A stretch of 43,505 bases of DNA from Balamuthia mandrillaris (Eukaryota): assembly GCA_031835245.2 (NCBI GenBank), contig JAVKOQ020000019.1:310001-353505 (forward strand). Direction: 5' to 3'. Shown here piece after piece: positions 37,401-43,505 of the stretch. The notes below the pieces were generated by a model. The model searched no databases, was not told the DNA's origin, and saw only the letters and a program-made list of their open reading frames with translations. Made by a program: the position numbers and the translations under genes. Position 1 is the first letter of the stretch; each line of letters starts with the position of its first letter.

Positions 37401-39104
37401 ATGTTTGTGCGGGAACGCCTCCAACTGCTAATGGTCCTGCTGCTATTCCTACTGGCAGCAAGTGAAGTGAGGGCAGAAGAAGAGTGGGATGTGGTGGTGT
37501 ATGGAGCAACCCCTGCTGGCATTTCAGCCGCTCTGGCTGCGGTGGAGGCGAATAGCAGGGTGGGAGTGCTGCTCATGGAGCCAACCAGGGAGATAGGAGG
37601 CATGGTCACCGCGGGAGGTATTGGAATGCGAGACTTTAGAGTGGAACAAAGACTGACCGGGAAGCTATTGCAATGGGCCATGACCAACGCGGCGCACTAT
37701 GGTGTCAGCTATCCGGTTTGGCAGCCCGATAACTGGGTGGGCAACAGAACTTTTTGGAGCATGCTGGAGGCAGCGGGTATACCAGTGGTGCTGGGAGCAC
37801 GCATACAAGAGGGACCAGCCGGCGTGCAGGTGAGTGGTAGCAGGCAAGTGGTAGGAGGTCGCCGGATAAGCAGATTACGTACGGTGGACGGGCGAGGTTT
37901 TGCGTTATCCAGGAATGCGGTGGTAGTGGACGCTTCCTACGAAGGAGAGGTGATGATGGGGGCGGGAGTGAGTTACACTTGGGGACGGGAGGATCGCACC
38001 ACCTACAACGAGTCTTACGGTGGTATTATTGGGAGCTCCGCTGCCCAGTTCAAGCTGGCCGTGGATGCACAGTGGGCCAACGGCACATTGCTCCACTATG
38101 TAACCAAGGGACCAGACCCACGCACTCACGTTGGGCAAGCGGACAGGAACGTAATGGCCTACTCCTACAGGGTGTGCTTGACCACCAACCGCACCAATCA
38201 GGCCCCATTCACTCCGCCCCCTGCCTACCGCACTGCTGACTTTGAGATTGCACGGCGATACTTGCAGGAGGAGCTCAAGGCCTTTGGTGAGAATGGCGTT
38301 GAACAACCATGGGGAAACCTGCGCTACCGCTCTTACCCTCCTGCAAACAAGTTCGATGCCTGCTGTGGGAATGCCTCGGTTGGCATAGACCCCCCTGGTC
38401 TCGCAGCTGGCTATCCCAATGGCACTCTGACTGACCGCCAGCGCATCGCTGCTGCTCATCGTTATTATGTTCAAGGCCTCTTGTGGTTCTGGGCTGGGGA
38501 CCCTCATTCAGGCGTGCCCGATAGCCTACGCAATGCCATTCTTCAGTATGGCCTCTGTGCTGACGAATGGCCTCAGAATGACCATTGGCCTCCTCAGTTG
38601 TATGTGCGTGAGGCAGTCCGCATGCTTGGGCAACATGTCTTCTCCCAAAATGACCGTGTGGCTGCTAGCTGTGATTACTGTCGTCCAGAGAGCATTGCCT
38701 TGGGGGATTGGGGATTTGACATTCATGAGATGGAAAGAGTGGCAGTGCCTTCCAACTACACTGCCTCCAAAACGCAAGCTTATAATGAGGGGTTAACCCC
38801 TCCTGGCCAAGGCGGATTCTTTGTCTTTGAGATTCCCTACGCTGTCTTAACTCCCAAGCAAACGGATTGTGTCAACTTACTTGTTCCCAACTGCCCTTCT
38901 GTCAGCCATGTTGCCTTTGCTGCTATTCGAGAAGAGCCCACCCTATGGCAGCTTGGTGCTGCAAGCGGTATAGCTGCTACACTTGTGGCCAGCAACATGT
39001 TCCCCACGGTCCAGTCTGTTAAGCCCTCTGTAGTTGCTGCCTTGTTGCAAAAGCAAGGAATTGTAACACATTGGCCTTCTCGTCCTGATTGTTCTTGTTA
39101 TTAA
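37401..39104 (+). CDS. Secreted FAD-dependent oxidoreductase (FAD_oxidored/PF12831-type, bacterial-like), intronless
   Basis: Signal peptide MFVRERLQLLMVLLLFLLAASEVRA, Rossmann motif DVVVYGATPAGISAA, and family motifs DASYEGE..AGVSYTWGRE, PPQLYVREAVRM, FEIPY and SHVAFAAIREEP. The real start is likely 37401 rather than 37059. Confidence 0.85.
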   Translation: MFVRERLQLLMVLLLFLLAASEVRAEEEWDVVVYGATPAGISAALAAVEANSRVGVLLMEPTREIGGMVTAGGIGMRDFRVEQRLTGKLLQWAMTNAAHYGVSYPVWQPDNWVGNRTFWSMLEAAGIPVVLGARIQEGPAGVQVSGSRQVVGGRRISRLRTVDGRGFALSRNAVVVDASYEGEVMMGAGVSYTWGREDRTTYNESYGGIIGSSAAQFKLAVDAQWANGTLLHYVTKGPDPRTHVGQADRNVMAYSYRVCLTTNRTNQAPFTPPPAYRTADFEIARRYLQEELKAFGENGVEQPWGNLRYRSYPPANKFDACCGNASVGIDPPGLAAGYPNGTLTDRQRIAAAHRYYVQGLLWFWAGDPHSGVPDSLRNAILQYGLCADEWPQNDHWPPQLYVREAVRMLGQHVFSQNDRVAASCDYCRPESIALGDWGFDIHEMERVAVPSNYTASKTQAYNEGLTPPGQGGFFVFEIPYAVLTPKQTDCVNLLVPNCPSVSHVAFAAIREEPTLWQLGAASGIAATLVASNMFPTVQSVKPSVVAALLQKQGIVTHWPSRPDCSCY

Positions 39105-41234
39105 TAAGACGAGCACCCTTAGATCAAAGCCTATGATATTTAGGCGCTGCCTTCACTTGTTCTGTTCGTTGGCACGTTTGCAATGCTTCTCGCTGTGGAA
39201 TATTTTCACCTCTTACTCGCGCTTCTACTAGCAAGTTCGGCTTCCAAAGGCAGGTCAACGCCAACCGCCACATAAATGATGCCAGTAGGGTCTCCATGTT
39301 TTCTGGCTCGTTCTGGGATGGCCAAAGCGGCGGCTTGTTGAACAATAGTTGTCTTTCCCGTCTTCTTTCCCGTCCAGGTTCTCCAGAAGCCTCACAGTTC
39401 CCACAAGGATAACAAGAGCCAATAAAACGCACCTTAACAACAGGGATATATGGCCTGAAAGTTGGAGGAGTGGTATGGCAGATATGATCAAGTTGGTTGG
39501 CGGACGTTTGATTTTGCTTGAATCATGTGTACTGGATTTTAAAAAGAGGTAAATCCTTTGAAGGTAAGATAAAATTTTTAAAATTTCTTTTGTTGTGTTT
39601 TCTACTTTTTGCTAATTTTTGAAAACAAGCTTGTTTTGTCAAACATGGTTCTGTTAATAGGGATTTTATAGCAGCTATGTCAACAGCAAATCCAGACCAA
39701 CAAGTGGCCATAAAAAAGCTTATTAAATTGCTTTTGAAAAGAAAAAAAATTTAATAAGCTTTCAGTGAGTTTACAAGCTTACTACTGGACCCAGCCTTAC
39801 AAACACATTTGTTAGCTCCCAAAAACCCAAGGTAAAGCAGGAAATTCACAATCTATTCTTAACTTATCATCCTGAACACTATTACTTCACATTTCATTCC
39901 CACTTTGTTGAAATTTATGCTCAACAATGGCTTTTAAACAATAACATTTTGAAATCAAGTTCTTATTGCATAGTTAGTAAAATCATATTATATAGAAAGA
40001 ATAGAACCAAACCTCAGTTCGATGCCTAATTATTTGATAGATCATCTTTTGTCACAGTTTTTTGCTTTGGACAGGAATAACAAGAAAACTCCAGGACAAT
40101 TGTGCAGAGGTAGACTTCTTGTTGATACTCTCCCTGATACCTTCAAATTTTCTCACCCTTGTTATTTTCTCCTTTTTCTCACAACACATTCAAAGCACAC
40201 ACCCCTTTTCATGTGAATAAACCAAGAGTCGCTTATATGCCATCCCTTTCTTGATCTGCAGGGTTTATCCCCCATCAACAGAGCTGTGTTATACAGTGCA
40301 GTAAGTGCAGGCCAGGAAAAAAACAAAAACAGTGAGAGGAAGGAGCTGTACTGTATCACATAATACTTGCCTCCTGTGTAAGGAAAGAGCTATGCTATAT
40401 AATGTAGCAACTGCATCCAGCCCAAAACTAAAAGAGCAAGTAAAACATAGTGAGAGAAACGGATGTTGTACAGTGCTTTTCCTGCTTGTTGCTCACATGA
40501 ACTTTATTTTCAACCTCATAAGGTTGGTAAAGGCTTCACTATCTTGGTAAAATGATAGATAAACTTGTAGTAGTCACTTTAAAATGTCTCTTCTCTCTTT
40601 TTCTGTTTCTCTCCTTATTAAGTAATGCAATACTTGGAGATTCCGTTGATTGGCTGGCTGATATCATTCTATCAATTAGACCAAGATCACACTGCACAAC
40701 ACAAGGTCAACTAGCATATTCAACAAAACACAGTTAACAACCAAATCTTCAAGAAAGACAGAGATTGTTTCAACTAAGTGGTTAACTTAGTTACTTAGTA
40801 TTGACACATCTGATTACTAAGTGTTTACATAGTTGTGCTCCTTAATTGATTAGTATGAAATTATTGTTTAGTATCAAGTTACTAAATAGAAATTTAAAAT
40901 ACACTTCTTGTCTCATCACTGGACAAATTTTTATATGGTGGCTTTTGCTGTCCTTGAACAGACTAGCTCCTGGCATTCTGTTGCTAACAGAATACGACCA
41001 TGCCTTCATAACATCATCTGAGGAACTAGCAGGCAGTTAAACAGGCATTATATAGTGGCCACTGGTTGATGCATAGGTGTTGAGCTGCATGCAGCTTTCA
41101 TCCCCATGAAAAATACGGACCATACCAATTCCAGAGAACAGCAAACTATGAAGAAGATGAAGAGGAACAGACACTTCATGAATGACAGCCACTGCTTTGG
41201 ACTTTTATTTGTGAACTTGCTCAAGTGATGAGTA

Positions 41235-43051
41235 GTAGTAGTAATAAAAGTTTATTTGCTCTGAGAGCAACACCAATCTATACATAAAAAGTAAGCATTG
41301 TACATACATAGTGTACTCTTACTTCTCTTACTCCCTCATCCTCAATGCCTTCCCAATTGTTACTCAATTCACAAGTGAAAGGTGTTGAATGAGATTTCAG
41401 ACCAACTTTGTATCATCTAGCTATCCTTTTCTTTCCCTTTCCTTTCTTCTCTTTTCCTTGCTATTACATTACTTCCAAAGATTGATAAAGTGCAGAAGAA
41501 CTTCCATGCTTCCAACTTGCTCTTGCTGCCCATAATCTCCAGACTCGTTTACAACTTTGCTTACATTGTTCCATCTCTTGAGCTCTGTTACATTTCTTTC
41601 CACTTGACAGGAGGTTTGTTGTACAGTCTTCTATAATCAGCTTTCTGACTTGTTCTTCATTTCCATTGTCCACACTCCAGATTCTAAAGCGATCTTCCCA
41701 AAGGTTAGGACACCTTAACAGGAAGTGTTCTGCTGTTTCTTCCTCAGCATCACATGCAGGGCACTTGCTATCCTCCTCAGACTGCTGAATGGCTCCCCAC
41801 TTTTTTCCAATGGGCAGTCCACCACAACGAATAGCATTCATCAAACGTTCTTTCCTTGGGTTGGTAATCACTAAGCTCCGTTGTTGTCCAACCAAACATC
41901 TTCCATTTGTCAAGAAGTTATGCCATAGCCATGCTCTTGTTCCTCTTTCTCCTTCAGCTGCATACTCCACCTTGGCTACTCGAGTTAAGGTCCTCATCCT
42001 CTTGGCTTTCTTTTCAACAACAGTCGTCCCATCACCTCCCTCACCTTCATTCTTCTCCCCTTCCTCTTCACTTGCTTGGCTTACCTCTTCAAGTAGCTCA
42101 AAGTGGCCATCTTGCCTCTCAGCATGATGAATTACTGCTTGTCTTTCCAACTCACAGTAGGCCTTGATGGTCAACCAGCCCAATTCTGCTCTACAAACCC
42201 CCGCCACAGTCCTTCGATGAACTTGCAATACGCTTCTTGCTGTCTCATTCCACACAGCTTCGATCTTCTTCCACCATGATTTGGAAAGCTCTGTCATACA
42301 TAGTCCATATGACAAGGTAGACTTGACAATAGCCTCTGCAGCAATCTGGGCAGTGCGTGTACCAAGGCCTTGGGCAATGGCTCCCCGCTGCCTAAGGCTG
42401 TAGAGGGCTTGCTTGGCCTTGGTGATCCTCTCCTTGGCATGAGTTGTCCATTCCCCACTTTCTTCAAACCACAGTCCCAGGTACTTGGCCTCCTTCACAC
42501 GTTTCACAGCCTCCCCCTTCAGTCTCCACTCTTGAAAATGAGCCTTCTTTCCTTGTACTAGCACCACTGATTTCTTTGCATTGAACTGAAGTCCCAGAGC
42601 ATTCACTGCCTCCACTGCTACATTCAATCTTCTCTGAAGCTCAAATGGATCGCTGGCCACCACTGCCAAGTCATCAGCAAACAGCAAGCAAACATTCCTT
42701 GCTTTATCTCCTCTTTCTTTCTCCTCTGCTGCTTGTAGCTTTCTTGCCACCACATCAATGTATACATTGAACAAGAATGGAGACAAAACTCCTCCTTGCT
42801 TAACTCCTCTTTCCACCAGAAATTCCTCCGAGAGCTGCCCATTCATGCGAATAACACTCGTCATACCACGGTACCACTCTGTAATGATACCCACTGCTGC
42901 CTCTTCAGCTCCTCTTTTGCGTAAGGTCCTTGCCAGTATGTCATGGTCGAGCATGTCATATGCCTTGCTGATATCCAACAGAGCAATATAGGTGCGTTCT
43001 TTGCTTCTCTTCATCAGGCATTTCTTCAACCGCCACACCTGATCCATGACC
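41235..43051 (-). mobile_element. 5'-truncated non-LTR retrotransposon (LINE) with (TAC)n tail and 13-bp TSD
   Basis: Flanked by identical CAAGTGATGAGTA at 41222-41234 and 43052-43064. The minus-strand 3' end reads AATAAACTTTTAT(TAC)n. Contains an RT ORF. Confidence 0.9.
41464..43051 (-). CDS. Reverse transcriptase, N-terminally truncated, with C-terminal CCHC zinc knuckle
   Basis: Motifs LLDISKAYD, GVKQGGVLSPFLFNVYID, LLFADD, KYLG and CPACD..ETAEHFLLRCP. No internal stops. No endonuclease or first RT motifs upstream of the TSD. Confidence 0.92.
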
Positions 43052-43505
43052 CAAGTGATGAGTAATGAGCCAAACATTCAATGAGGCAATCAGTAATATG
43101 CTGCCAGTCATATTAGAGACATCAGCATGCAACATTAGCTGCAAGCCTGCAGCTTTGGAGATTGGATTGTCCTTCAATATGATTATTTTAACCATTGAAC
43201 CCTGGGATTTGGCTTTTGGTGAAAGCCTATGCGGCTTGCTCCTCTATCCACCAGAACTTCAGATAAGCAAGGCTTTGGATGAGCTTCTTTTATTTTTTGT
43301 CATCTACATTTTCTTCAACAGTGTACTTTCCCTTATTCCATGCACTTGCAGTCAGTTGTCGCTTTACCTCCTTTGGTATTTCTGTCAACAATTTAAGGAA
43401 CCCTTGGGTGTGTAATTTTTTTCTTGCCCCTTTTTTGCTTTTTTTTTGCAGCCACCCAAAAGTACACACAGTTCCTGTTCCTCTCCCCCTTCTTCACAAA
43501 AGTAA

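Noticed and set aside
39124..39519. Minus-strand open frame downstream of the oxidoreductase
   Set aside because: No suitable ATG, splice structure or recognisable motif. Left unannotated.
41464..43077. RT as a retron, group II intron, DGR or telomerase component
   Set aside because: The C-terminal CCHC knuckle, TSD, 3' tail and 5' truncation all indicate an ordinary non-LTR retrotransposon. The called start at 43077 lies outside the element.

Overview
Gene-dense, intron-rich eukaryotic genomic DNA, not prokaryotic. Short introns with (CT)n tracts and the gene content suggest a free-living amoeba such as a discosean amoebozoan; this is an inference and the species cannot be established from the sequence. 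I assembled nine protein genes by hand: organellar release factor RF1, PAT-complex subunit Asterix, meiotic MSH4, a WNK kinase, a PH/coiled-coil protein, a NEDD1 C-terminus-like protein lacking WD40 repeats, SZT2, an EF-hand/coiled-coil/tail-anchored protein, and an intronless bacterial-type secreted FAD oxidoreductase. The last ~4 kb are AT-rich and strongly CpG-depleted, and carry a 5'-truncated non-LTR retrotransposon with a 13-bp target-site duplication. Main highlights: (1) three strong and one weaker minor-spliceosome (U12-type) introns in four different genes, two of them AT-AC; (2) a protein with KASH5-like architecture in the same window as intact MSH4; (3) two GC-AG introns and several micro-exons in MSH4. 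Exon boundaries were inferred by eye, without RNA data.
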